From Lysobacterales bacterium (lineage in GTDB: Bacteria > Pseudomonadota > Gammaproteobacteria > Xanthomonadales > SZUA-5), in contig JALHMH010000003.1 in assembly GCA_022844165.1 (NCBI GenBank), positions 32,001 to 96,000 on the forward strand: a stretch of 64,000 bases of DNA, read 5' to 3'. The translations under genes and the position numbers were made by a program. Each line of letters starts with the position of its first letter. Position 1 is the stretch's first letter. Under the pieces are notes generated by a model that saw nothing but the letters and a program-made list of their open reading frames with translations, did not search any database and was not told the origin of the DNA. Below are positions 47,510-57,854 of the stretch, one piece after another.

Positions 47510-50500
47510 ATGCGCAACGACCTATCGGCATTCACATCTATCGTTGACATCGTAAGAATGCGTGCCCGGGCGGAGCCGAAAAGCGTTGCCTTTCGTTTCT
47601 TAAAGTACCGGCCCAAAGAGGAATCGCTCGTCCTGACGTCCGAAGCTCTGGATGCACGGGCGAAGTCCATCGCTGCCGCTTTGCAACAACACGCTCAGCG
47701 CGGCGATCGGGTGCTGCTGCTTTTTCGGCCAGGCACGGACTTCGTTTGCGCCTTTCTGGGTTGCTTGTATGCGGGAATGGTGGCAGTCCCGTCGAGCGTC
47801 CCTCGATTCGGGCACGGCACGGAACGTCTGCGACGAATCGCCGCGAATGCCGGTGCTTCGATTGCATTGTCCTCATCAGGCGTCTTTGCAGCCATTCGCG
47901 CCGAAGCCAGCCATATAGCGCCCCGCTGGATTGAAATGGAGGACATCGCCGAGACTGATACGAGCGATTCTCTGCAACTTTCTTCAGACGATATCGCGTT
48001 TCTCCAGTACAGCTCGGGTTCCACTGGAGACCCGAAAGGCGTGGTGGTGACGCATGCCAACCTGATGCATCAACTGGCGCTTTTCGCCACCGCCAGCGCT
48101 GCCACGCGGGATAGTTGCATGGTGTCCTGGTTGCCTGTGTTTCACGACCTTGGATTGATCGCAGGGGTTCTTCACCCACTCTATAGCGGCTTTCCCGGCG
48201 TCTTGCTGGCACCGGAGTCGTTTGTCGAAAAACCTGAGCGCTGGCTGCGGGCGATTGCCTCTTTTCGGGCCGATATGACGGCAGCTCCGAATTTTGCGTA
48301 CCAACTTTGCGCTCGGGCCATTTCCGATCAGGAGATGAAGGGTATCGATCTCGCATCGCTGCGTTTCGCATTGAACGGCGCCGAGCCGATCCGCCCATCG
48401 ACGCTGGAGCGATTCGCACAGCGTTTTTCTGCCTGGGGGTTTGATCCTTCTGCCTTCTACCCGGCCTACGGATTGGCGGAAGCCACGCTGCTGGTGACGG
48501 GTGGTGGCGCTCAGGGGGCGAGACCGACGGTCAAGTCCTTCAATTCGCAGTCGTTGGATGACGGCTTTGCGGTACCGGTATTGGACGGTACACCCGGTGC
48601 AAGATGCCTCGCCGCGTCAGGGATGACCATCGAAGGCCAATCTGTGCGCATCGTGGACCCAGAAAAAACCACGGATCTGGGCGCTATGCAAGTCGGCGAG
48701 ATCTGGGTTTCTGGTCAGAGCGTTTGTCGCGGCTATTGGCAGCGCTCTGCAACAACGGAAGAGACCTTCGGGCAGGTGGTGGCGGGGCAGCAACATCCTT
48801 GCTGGCTGCGGACGGGGGATCTGGGATTCCTGTGCGATGGCGAACTCTTCGTTTGCGGCCGCCTGAAAGACCTCCTCCTGATCCGCGGCAGGAACCTTCA
48901 TGCGCCGGATATTGAGGCGACCGTCGAGACGGTTCACGACGGCCTGCGCCCCAATTGCGGTGTCGCGTTTCCGGTGGATATTGAGGGCGAGGAGCGTCTC
49001 GTCGTTGCCCACGAAGTAGACCGGGAGGCCAAATTCGACGATGAGCGACTACTGGAACTCGCGCAAAGCGTTGCAAAGGCCATCGCGCTGCATCATGAGG
49101 TCATGGTTCACGCCGTCGTCCTTCTAAGGCACGGCACAGTGCCGAAAACTTCGAGCGGTAAGCTCCAGCGAAGAGAGGCGCGTCAGCGTTTTCTACAAGG
49201 GAACTTAAAGTCGGTGTTTTCCTGGTCGCCCCCGGCACCAGACCTTGGCGCACCCCAGACACCGGATGCCGCAATCGATGCTCCCACGGATCAAACCCGG
49301 TTGCAGCATCTGCTCGTAGAGGGTCTGGCGGCGATCCTTGGCGTACCCGGAAGCGAAGTCGACATCGATCGGCCGTTCGCCCAATACGCTTTGGATGCGG
49401 CGGGAAAACTCAGGGTCGTCCGCCTGCTGGAGTCAAAGCTGCAACGACCGCTTCCTGCCACTTTGCTTGACGACTTCAAGAACATCAAAGAGCTATGCGA
49501 GACCGGGCAGATTTCCTTCGCCGGAAATGGAGACGGCCTATCGTCCGATGAGCTGGTCAAGGCCGCAGCGGGTGCAATCGCCGCCAGGCCCGCTGGAATG
49601 GTCGAGGACAAAATTGCGATCGTTGGTATCGGCTGCCGATTTCCGGGAGCCGCGAATCCCAGAGACTTCTGGAAGCTGCTGATCGAAGGCGTCGATGCCG
49701 TTACCGAGGTGCCGGCGGATCGTTGGGACATCGACGAGGTATACGACGCTAACCCGCTTGCGTCGAGGAAAATGAACACGCGGTGGGGTGGGTTCGTCGA
49801 AGATATCGATAAGCTCGACCGCAACTTCTTCGGACTGTCCATCCGTGAAGCCGTGCGCATGGATCCGCAGCATCGGTTGATGCTCGAGGTCGCCTGGGAA
49901 GCGCTGGAAGACGCAGGCATTGATCCCGCTACGCTGGCAAACACACAGTCCGGTGTGTTCGTCGGGATCTCGGGTAGTGATTACGCTCAAATGCAGTTTG
50001 GCGACGCATCGTTGGTCGACGCCTACGCGGGACTCGGCTGCGCATTGACCATCGCAGCAAGCAGGATTTCGCACTTCTTGAACCTGCGTGGGCCTGCGAT
50101 CGCGGTCGACACAGCGTGTTCCTCGTCATTGAGTGCGCTTCATCTCGCCTGCGTCAGCTTGCGTCGCGGCGAATGCGAAACCGCTCTGGTTGGCGGCGTG
50201 AACATCTTGCTTTCGCCTGTCGTCACGATGTGCTTGACCAAGGCGGGAATGATGTCGGCCGACGGCCGCTGCAAGGCTTTCGATAGCAGAGCCAATGGCT
50301 ATGTCCGCGCCGAAGGCGCTGGCATTGTCGTGTTGAAGCCACTTTCAAGGGCAATTGCCGATGGGAACGAGATCTATGCGGTCGTTCGCGGTACCGCGTC
50401 GAATCAGGATGGAAGAAGCAGCGGCATCGCGGCACCCAATGGCGAAGCGCAGCAACGCGTTGTTCTAGCCGCTTGCGCAGATGCGGGAATTGCCCCTGGC

Positions 50501-53500
50501 CAGCTGGACTATGTTGAAGCGCACGGAACCGGCACCAGCGTCGGCGATCCAATCGAAGTGAAGGCACTGGGTGCGGTGCTGTCTATGAGCCGTGAAAACG
50601 GGCGCATTTGCCCGATCGGATCGGTGAAGACCAATATTGGTCACGCCGAATCGGCCGCCGGTATTGCCAGTGTCATCAAAGTGGCTTTGATGCTTAAGCA
50701 TCGAATGCTGCCGCCAAGCTTGCATTTCGTGACGCCGAATCCTCTGATCCCGTTCGACGATTTGCCCTTGCGTGTGCAGAGAACCGCAGAGCAGTTCCCA
50801 GATGATCGAGCTCCCCTCCTGGCGGGCGTCAACGGCTTCGGAGTTGGTGGTACGAACGTGCATGCAGTGCTCGAAGAAGCACCTTCGAGTTCGACGTCCG
50901 AGTTGCCAGGCAACACCGGCGCCGGCAATGCACTGCGCCCCTATTTGTTGCTGCTCAGTGCGCGTAGCGCGGCTTCGTTAAGGGGAGCAGCAAGACGGCT
51001 GGCGCAGTATCTGGGCGCGGACGGAGTCGATCGGCCGCTTGCAGGCGTGGCGCATACGTTGGCCGTCAGGCGCAGCGCGATGAACCATAGCCTCGGGATC
51101 ATCGGCGAAGGGCGTGAGGAGCTCATGGCGGCGCTTTCCGCTTATGCAGAGGGTCTTCGTCACCCAGGCGTCCTGCTTGCGCCGACGTCAATATCTGAGT
51201 CTTCGCCCAAACTGGCGTTCGTATTTTCAGGGCAGGGTTCCCAATGGTGGGGAATGGGCCGGAAACTGTTGCAATGCGAACCCGTGTTTCAGTCTGTTAT
51301 TGCGCGTTGCGACCAGCTTCTAAGCTCCATGGTGGGCTGGTCGTTGTTGGATGTGCTGCATGCCAACCAGAGCGATTCCCGCCTGACCGAGACGGCGTTT
51401 GCCCAACCGGCCCTGTTCGCTTTGCAGGCCGCTACCGTCGCGCTGTGGAAATCCTGGGGCGTTACGCCGGATGCAGTCGTCGGTCACAGCGTGGGGGAAA
51501 TCGCAGCGGCGCATGCCGCCGGTGCGCTGACGCTGGACGATTCCATCGCGCTGGTGGCTCATCGGGCGGCATTGATGCAGCAAGCCACCGGGTTGGGCAG
51601 CATGGTGAGTGTTGAGACTTCGCTGGAAGAGGCCGAAGCGGCCATAGACAGGTATCGCGACCGCCTTGCTGTCGCCGCCGTCAACAGTCCGGGATCGATT
51701 GTGCTGTCAGGCGACACTATTGCGCTTGACGAAGTGATATCGCAGTTCAAAGCGAAAGGGACAGTGACCGTCAAGCTGCCGGTGAACTACGCGTTTCACA
51801 GCCCACAAGTCGAGCCGTTCAAGGAAGCACTTTGTCGGGCTGTGGCAGATCTGCGACCGGGCGCCAGCAGTATCCCGATGATGTCGACCGTGACCGGCGA
51901 CTGGTGCAGCGGCGAAACGCTCGTTGCCGGGTACTGGGGCGAGAACATGCGCGGCCGCGTGAACTTCGCTCAAGCCATCGCCAGGCTCGCCGAAGAGGGA
52001 TTCTCACAGTTTGTCGAAGTTGGCCCTCATCCCGTGCTCTGCGGCTCGATATCCCGCACACTGAAGTCCGTTGCGCGTGCCGGCTCCGCGATTCCGAGCT
52101 TGATACGGGACAAAGACGATCAAACGTCCATGCTGTCGGCCTGGTTTGAACTACGATCTGGCCGGCGAAACATGGAGACGTGCCAGTTGTTCGGAAACTG
52201 GCCCGTCGAACGCAGCGTTCCAGGTTACGCCTGGGATCGGCAGCGCTATTGGCTCGACCTGCCCAATAAGGAGGTCTCTCGCTCGGCAATCAGGCATCCG
52301 CTGGTGACATCGCGCCTGCAAACTGCCCAGCCCGCTTGGCAGAGTTTGATCGACGCGCACCAATTCCCGGGCTTGCGTGGTCCCCGCCGTGCTGGAGACG
52401 CCTATCTGTCTCGCGGCGTTTTTGTCGAACTGGCGATGGCCGCAGCGACGGCCATGGTGGGAGAGAAAATTCGTGTTGTCAAAGACCTTGTCTTTGACGA
52501 GCAGCTCATGCTCCCAATGACGGACGCCTACCCTGAACTCCAAACCACACTTCTGAATGTCGGTCCTGACGAAGCAGTGGTCACGGTGCATGTCAGAACG
52601 ACATCTGCTCAGGGCGGCGGTTGGCACCGACAAGCAGAACTCAGGACACCGCTGACACGCGAGGCACCAACGAATCCTGCACGGATCGCCATCGATCAGC
52701 TGAAATCAGGCGGGCTCCGCCGCATAGAGGGCGACGAAATTTACCGGTTGTTCGGCCAGCTCGGACTTGAGTATCCGAATGAGATCCGGTTAGCGAAAAC
52801 TGCCTGGGTGGGAAATGACGAGTCACTGCTGCAGTTGGCCATGCTCGATAGCCAGTTGGAAGGGGCAGAGCGGTATTGCCTGCATCCGATCGTGTTTGAG
52901 GCCATGGAGCAGACGCTGCGTATCGCACTGGGTGCGCGAGGAGCGCGCGCCGAGATGAGATCCGCCAGGCGTTTCCAGGTTGTGGCGACGGGATCGAGTG
53001 CCTGGGTCCACGCAAAATTGCGCAGTGAGCCCGATGCCGATGGGTTACCACGGGTTGACCTTTGCGTATGCGACAACGATGGCAATGTGATCGCAGTCGC
53101 CGAAGGCGTATCCGCAACCAACACCACACTCAACGAAGTGGCAGAGGGCGTACCCACCGATCCAGGCGCCTGGTTGTACCAGGTCGATTGGGTCCAAACC
53201 CTGCCGCTGCGGCAAACGAGCGATAGCGATGCCGGAGCCTGGCTGATTCTCGCCGACGAAAGGGGCGTCGCCAGGCGAATTGCCAAGCGCCTTACGGCTG
53301 CCGGTCAACGCTGTATCAGTGTGCGCCGAGGAGCGTGCCAGTCGCCGGCTGCAGATGATGAGATCGGAGTGCTGGACGATAGTGCGGATTCACTGCGGGA
53401 GGCATTTGTTGCGGCACTCGGATCCGACGAATGCCGCGGCGTGATACACCTGTGGTGCCTTGACCACGCCGAGGCTCCGCCGACATTCGACACCGTGCTA

Positions 53501-56137
53501 TCGGCGCAGAAGTCAGGCGCCCTAAGCGTCATGCATCTAGTCCAGGCACTCGCGCAGCTCCCGTTCCGAAAGCCACCGCGGTTGTGGATTGTGACCTCGG
53601 GAGTGCAGCGCATTCAGCTCGACAGCGCCGACGTCCGTCCGACCCACGCGACCGTCTGGGGTTTGGGCAAGTCAATTTCTATTGAGCATCCCGAATTGCG
53701 CTGCACGCGCGTCGACTTGGGACATGCAATGAACGACGTGCGCGAAATCTCGGCTCTGGCGGCCGAGCTACTCGCGGACGAAGAGGAGGACCAGCTCGCG
53801 TTTCGGGAGGAGCATCGCTACGTCGCGCGGCTGGCACGCTATCGACCCGCAACAGGGGACGCGAGTGCGGAGGCCCAAGCGGGTTCCGATGCCATTCCTG
53901 CGACAGGCAGTTATCGAGTGGATTGGCCAATCGATGCACAAACGCCAATGATCTCCACTGGCAGGTCGAACGCCCTTGCGCCGCACGAAGTCGAAATTGA
54001 AGTGGAAGCGATCGCCGCCGAAGGGGATGCGTTGGTTCGCGGTTTGGGCGTATCCCTCTCGGAATTCGGCGTATCTCACTTTGGTTGCGCCGGACGAATA
54101 AAACGAGTTGGTCATGAGGTGAATGGCTGGGCCGCTGGAGATCGCGTAGCTGCTTTCGCGCATGGGGGAATGGCATCGCAATTGTGCGTACCCGAATCTG
54201 CGCTCGCCCGTCTGCCGGAGAACACGCCAGCGGCGGTCGTGGTCGGCCGATTGCGTCCCGCACTGGCCGCGTCGATCGCACTGCGGGAACTCTCGACGCT
54301 GACGCCAGGGGACCGGGTGTTAATACACGGTGCCGACACGGAAGCTGGCGCGATTGCGGTCGCAATGGCCGTCTCGCTGGGCGGGCGCGTCGTCGCCACG
54401 GCTGCCGATCCGTTGGTCCGCGAGCACCTGACGAATCTCGGCGCCAGCGTATGCCTGGACAGCGCCTCAATCAGTTTTTATTCGGCGTTGCACTCGGCAC
54501 TTGGGCGCGCGGGTGCACGTGTGTGCCTGAATTTGTCGGATCGCGGCGGTCTTGGTGAATTGCAGGCGATGGTGTCGCCGTTTGGCCATTGCATCGATCT
54601 TAGCGGGTGTCTCGGCCGAAAGACTGCCGGCACCAGGCATGTTCGTGTGATCGCCAATGCCTCACTACACGTCGTTGACCTGGAGTGTCTGTTCGACCGC
54701 GGTTCCGCGCTGACCGCACGCATCATGCAGGATGCAACCGACTGGCTTTACGCTGTGCATATGCGGCTAGGTCCTCCTTCCGAAGTCTGTCTTGCCAATG
54801 AGTGGAACCCGATAAGGCAGGCGGCGCGAGAGGCAGTCGCTATCGCTCCGCTGGTCGTGAAGCTTCCCGATCGATCCGGCGAGCAGTCTCCCACCGCCGT
54901 GTCGAGTCAGTTGCTGCGCGACGACGGTACCTATCTGGTCACGGGCGGCTTGGGAGGACTTGGCCTGAGCATTGCGCTGCGACTCACGTCCTCCGGCGCC
55001 AAACATCTGGTGCTGATGGGACGCAAGGCGCCAACACAAATGGCCAGCGAGGTGATTTCGGAGATCGAGCGTCGCGGCGTCGAGGTGCGAACGGTGGCGG
55101 CAGACGTGGCCGACCGCGAGGCGATGATCCGACTGCTATCGACAATACGCAGCGAGATGCCACCGTTGCGCGGGATAGTGCACGCTGCCGGAAGCCTGGA
55201 CAATGCTCTGATGGTTGGAATGTCAGATGCTCAGTTCATGAGTCCGCTGCCATCGAAGGTCCTGGGCGCCTATCTGTTGGATACGCTGACGGCAGACGAT
55301 CCACTCGACTTCTTCGTGATGTTTTCTTCGCTTGCGTCTTTGATCGGATCGCCAGGCCAGGGCAACTATGGAGCTGCGAACGCTTATCTGGACGCGCTGG
55401 CCTGCATGCGTTCGGCGCGCGGGCAGCCAGGACTGGCGATTTGTTGGGGTCCATGGGCGGAAATCGGTATGGCCGCCGACGCGCACAACGCCTCGCTGCT
55501 GGAGCAGTATGGCATGGGCATGTTGGCCCCCGAGAAGTGTCTTGATTTGTTCGAGAACTTTCTCCTGACTGGCACAGGTGTACTTGGTGCGATCGCGATG
55601 GACTGGTCGCTTTGGAGCAAGTCATTTCCTGCACTCTCCGAGAAGCCGTTCATGTCGCTCCAAGTGCCGGGCAAAGACGGGAAGTCGTTAACGGCCGGTG
55701 GGCGCTTGACGGCCGCCGCAATCGCCGCCGTGCAACCAGACGAGCAAATGGCGGCTCTGATCTCCGCAATTCATGGCGCGGTCTGCCGCGCACTTCAACT
55801 CGCCCCGGAGCAACTGACGACCGACATAGGCCTGACTGCCGTTGGCCTGGATTCGATTGTCGCCCTTGAACTCAAGAACCGTATCGAGTCCAGCATCGAT
55901 GTTGTGGTTCAAACCCCAATGCTGCTCAAGGGGCCGACCATCGAGGAACTTGCCGTGCAGTTTCGATCGCAGTTGTTGGGCAACAATTCTGGCGATGCGA
56001 GCAAATCCGGCCGATCCAACAAACGGTCGGTGACCAGGCGCCAGGCGGTCGACTTGCTGGAACGATTGGACGAACTCTCCGACGAGGAGGTCAACGCCAT
56101 TCTTACCGATCTATCCGATGGTGTACTTGCATCGTGA
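47510..56137 (+). CDS. Type I PKS: FAAL-ACP*-KS-AT-DH*-ER*-KR-ACP (* = catalytic motif missing)
   Basis: FLQYSSGSTGDPKG, PKTSSGK (FAAL); DTACSSS, HGTGT (KS); GHSVG, YAFHS (AT); TGGLGGLG, YGAAN (KR); GLDS (ACP2); AAGGA RBS before ATG 47510. Confidence 0.96.
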   Translation: MRNDLSAFTSIVDIVRMRARAEPKSVAFRFLKYRPKEESLVLTSEALDARAKSIAAALQQHAQRGDRVLLLFRPGTDFVCAFLGCLYAGMVAVPSSVPRFGHGTERLRRIAANAGASIALSSSGVFAAIRAEASHIAPRWIEMEDIAETDTSDSLQLSSDDIAFLQYSSGSTGDPKGVVVTHANLMHQLALFATASAATRDSCMVSWLPVFHDLGLIAGVLHPLYSGFPGVLLAPESFVEKPERWLRAIASFRADMTAAPNFAYQLCARAISDQEMKGIDLASLRFALNGAEPIRPSTLERFAQRFSAWGFDPSAFYPAYGLAEATLLVTGGGAQGARPTVKSFNSQSLDDGFAVPVLDGTPGARCLAASGMTIEGQSVRIVDPEKTTDLGAMQVGEIWVSGQSVCRGYWQRSATTEETFGQVVAGQQHPCWLRTGDLGFLCDGELFVCGRLKDLLLIRGRNLHAPDIEATVETVHDGLRPNCGVAFPVDIEGEERLVVAHEVDREAKFDDERLLELAQSVAKAIALHHEVMVHAVVLLRHGTVPKTSSGKLQRREARQRFLQGNLKSVFSWSPPAPDLGAPQTPDAAIDAPTDQTRLQHLLVEGLAAILGVPGSEVDIDRPFAQYALDAAGKLRVVRLLESKLQRPLPATLLDDFKNIKELCETGQISFAGNGDGLSSDELVKAAAGAIAARPAGMVEDKIAIVGIGCRFPGAANPRDFWKLLIEGVDAVTEVPADRWDIDEVYDANPLASRKMNTRWGGFVEDIDKLDRNFFGLSIREAVRMDPQHRLMLEVAWEALEDAGIDPATLANTQSGVFVGISGSDYAQMQFGDASLVDAYAGLGCALTIAASRISHFLNLRGPAIAVDTACSSSLSALHLACVSLRRGECETALVGGVNILLSPVVTMCLTKAGMMSADGRCKAFDSRANGYVRAEGAGIVVLKPLSRAIADGNEIYAVVRGTASNQDGRSSGIAAPNGEAQQRVVLAACADAGIAPGQLDYVEAHGTGTSVGDPIEVKALGAVLSMSRENGRICPIGSVKTNIGHAESAAGIASVIKVALMLKHRMLPPSLHFVTPNPLIPFDDLPLRVQRTAEQFPDDRAPLLAGVNGFGVGGTNVHAVLEEAPSSSTSELPGNTGAGNALRPYLLLLSARSAASLRGAARRLAQYLGADGVDRPLAGVAHTLAVRRSAMNHSLGIIGEGREELMAALSAYAEGLRHPGVLLAPTSISESSPKLAFVFSGQGSQWWGMGRKLLQCEPVFQSVIARCDQLLSSMVGWSLLDVLHANQSDSRLTETAFAQPALFALQAATVALWKSWGVTPDAVVGHSVGEIAAAHAAGALTLDDSIALVAHRAALMQQATGLGSMVSVETSLEEAEAAIDRYRDRLAVAAVNSPGSIVLSGDTIALDEVISQFKAKGTVTVKLPVNYAFHSPQVEPFKEALCRAVADLRPGASSIPMMSTVTGDWCSGETLVAGYWGENMRGRVNFAQAIARLAEEGFSQFVEVGPHPVLCGSISRTLKSVARAGSAIPSLIRDKDDQTSMLSAWFELRSGRRNMETCQLFGNWPVERSVPGYAWDRQRYWLDLPNKEVSRSAIRHPLVTSRLQTAQPAWQSLIDAHQFPGLRGPRRAGDAYLSRGVFVELAMAAATAMVGEKIRVVKDLVFDEQLMLPMTDAYPELQTTLLNVGPDEAVVTVHVRTTSAQGGGWHRQAELRTPLTREAPTNPARIAIDQLKSGGLRRIEGDEIYRLFGQLGLEYPNEIRLAKTAWVGNDESLLQLAMLDSQLEGAERYCLHPIVFEAMEQTLRIALGARGARAEMRSARRFQVVATGSSAWVHAKLRSEPDADGLPRVDLCVCDNDGNVIAVAEGVSATNTTLNEVAEGVPTDPGAWLYQVDWVQTLPLRQTSDSDAGAWLILADERGVARRIAKRLTAAGQRCISVRRGACQSPAADDEIGVLDDSADSLREAFVAALGSDECRGVIHLWCLDHAEAPPTFDTVLSAQKSGALSVMHLVQALAQLPFRKPPRLWIVTSGVQRIQLDSADVRPTHATVWGLGKSISIEHPELRCTRVDLGHAMNDVREISALAAELLADEEEDQLAFREEHRYVARLARYRPATGDASAEAQAGSDAIPATGSYRVDWPIDAQTPMISTGRSNALAPHEVEIEVEAIAAEGDALVRGLGVSLSEFGVSHFGCAGRIKRVGHEVNGWAAGDRVAAFAHGGMASQLCVPESALARLPENTPAAVVVGRLRPALAASIALRELSTLTPGDRVLIHGADTEAGAIAVAMAVSLGGRVVATAADPLVREHLTNLGASVCLDSASISFYSALHSALGRAGARVCLNLSDRGGLGELQAMVSPFGHCIDLSGCLGRKTAGTRHVRVIANASLHVVDLECLFDRGSALTARIMQDATDWLYAVHMRLGPPSEVCLANEWNPIRQAAREAVAIAPLVVKLPDRSGEQSPTAVSSQLLRDDGTYLVTGGLGGLGLSIALRLTSSGAKHLVLMGRKAPTQMASEVISEIERRGVEVRTVAADVADREAMIRLLSTIRSEMPPLRGIVHAAGSLDNALMVGMSDAQFMSPLPSKVLGAYLLDTLTADDPLDFFVMFSSLASLIGSPGQGNYGAANAYLDALACMRSARGQPGLAICWGPWAEIGMAADAHNASLLEQYGMGMLAPEKCLDLFENFLLTGTGVLGAIAMDWSLWSKSFPALSEKPFMSLQVPGKDGKSLTAGGRLTAAAIAAVQPDEQMAALISAIHGAVCRALQLAPEQLTTDIGLTAVGLDSIVALELKNRIESSIDVVVQTPMLLKGPTIEELAVQFRSQLLGNNSGDASKSGRSNKRSVTRRQAVDLLERLDELSDEEVNAILTDLSDGVLAS

Positions 56138-56183
56138 GCGAATGCGCTCAACCTCCCTTCACTATCCGATAGGCTGAATCGAC

Positions 56184-57854
56184 ATGGAGCTGTTCCGATT
56201 CCTCGTCAAGTACTCGCCAGGACTACTGACGATCGCGGTTCTTGTCGGAGTGATGAGTGGCGTCGCCAGCGCGGCGGTCATGGTGGTCATCAATCTCACT
56301 TTGGCGAGAACCGATTTCGCGACCCCACGGGAGTTGGCCCTGGCTTTCGCCGGGGCTACCACCACGGTGTTGATCGCGAGTCTGGGCGCGCGATGGTTGT
56401 TGCTGCATATGTCGACCAACGCTGTAAAGCGAATGCGGATAAGTCTCTGCTCTCAGATTCTCTGCTCTCCGCTTCGGGATGTAGAGGCGCTCGGGGCACC
56501 GACGTTGATCGCCACGCTGACAGAGGACGTTCTGGCTGTCTCCGATACGCTCGCTGAGATCCCGGTGGTGTGCATCAATATCGCCATCCTAAGCGCTTGT
56601 TTCACCTATCTCGTATGGTTGTCCTGGCCGCTCGCCGTGATTTACTTCGCGGTCTTTTTCGTGGGCGTAGTCATTCATGAAGCCATCGCTACGCGTACCC
56701 GCCCGCACCTCGCAAAGGGCCGCGAGAAGTGGGATGAGTTGATTGCGTACTATCAAGCGCTCATTTTGGGAAACAAAGAACTCAAGCTTCACATGCGTCG
56801 GCGTCAGGCCTTCATGAAAGAGGCGCTGGTACCCACTGCTGAGGAGATGCGCGCGCTTTCATTGCGCTGGCACAAGATCTTCGCGTTTGCCGCTTCCTTT
56901 GGGCAATCTTTCTATTTCATCGTGGTCGGCGCCATCCTCTTTTTGACGCCAGTGCTTGGTGGTTTCGAGCCTGTTGTCGTGACTGGGTTCGTACTCATTA
57001 CGATCTTCATGAATGGCCCGCTATCCGGCCTCGTGGGCGCGATACCGACGTTGCAAAGAGCCGGAGTGTCACTTCGGAAGATCGAGTCTCTTGGCCTGAG
57101 CCTATCCAGACCAGAGCCCCCAGTTTGGGAAAAGGAAGTTCTTGCGCCAGAACGATTCGAAGCGCTTTCGATGCGCGGCGTTCGGTACCAGTACGGCGAA
57201 GACGAAGGTTCGCGGAGCTTCGCCCTGGGGCCGATCGATCTCGACCTCGTACCTGGGGAGATCGTATTTGTGACTGGCGGCAATGGCAGCGGCAAGAGCA
57301 GCTTTGCACGGGTTCTGACCGGACTGTATTTGCCGACCGCGGGTACCATCTCGATAAACGGGATGTCGGTTGACGACAACAACCGCGACGCCTATCGCCA
57401 GAACTTCTCCGCGGTGTTCTCTGACTATTTTCTTTTCACGCGGCTCTACGGTCTGGTCGATGAGCGACTGGCGGCTTTGGTCGACGAATATCTGCGCGAA
57501 CTAGAGCTGTCGGATAAGGTCTCGTTGCGTGATGGCGGCTTTTCCACGACTAACCTGTCGCAGGGGCAACGCAAGCGGCTCGCGCTCCTGACTGCATTCG
57601 TCGAGAATCGCCATATCTACCTGTTCGACGAGTGGGCAGCGGATCAAGACCCGGCATTCAAAGACGTCTTTTACCGCCGAATCGTGCCGCAGCTCAAGGC
57701 CCGCGGCAAGACCGTAGTCGTGATCAGTCACGACAGTCACTACTATCAATATTGCGACCGACTGATTCGATTCGAATGCGGAGAATTGGTCGAAGATAGA
57801 ACGGTAAAGCGAATCACTGGCTCCTGCGAAGTTGCGTCAGATGAACTCGCATAA
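56184..57854 (+). CDS. Cyclic peptide export ABC transporter (SyrD/PvdE/YojI family)
   Basis: GNKELKL, GGNGSGKS, LSQGQRKRLAL, DEWAADQDP. Confidence 0.95.
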   Translation: MELFRFLVKYSPGLLTIAVLVGVMSGVASAAVMVVINLTLARTDFATPRELALAFAGATTTVLIASLGARWLLLHMSTNAVKRMRISLCSQILCSPLRDVEALGAPTLIATLTEDVLAVSDTLAEIPVVCINIAILSACFTYLVWLSWPLAVIYFAVFFVGVVIHEAIATRTRPHLAKGREKWDELIAYYQALILGNKELKLHMRRRQAFMKEALVPTAEEMRALSLRWHKIFAFAASFGQSFYFIVVGAILFLTPVLGGFEPVVVTGFVLITIFMNGPLSGLVGAIPTLQRAGVSLRKIESLGLSLSRPEPPVWEKEVLAPERFEALSMRGVRYQYGEDEGSRSFALGPIDLDLVPGEIVFVTGGNGSGKSSFARVLTGLYLPTAGTISINGMSVDDNNRDAYRQNFSAVFSDYFLFTRLYGLVDERLAALVDEYLRELELSDKVSLRDGGFSTTNLSQGQRKRLALLTAFVENRHIYLFDEWAADQDPAFKDVFYRRIVPQLKARGKTVVVISHDSHYYQYCDRLIRFECGELVEDRTVKRITGSCEVASDELA

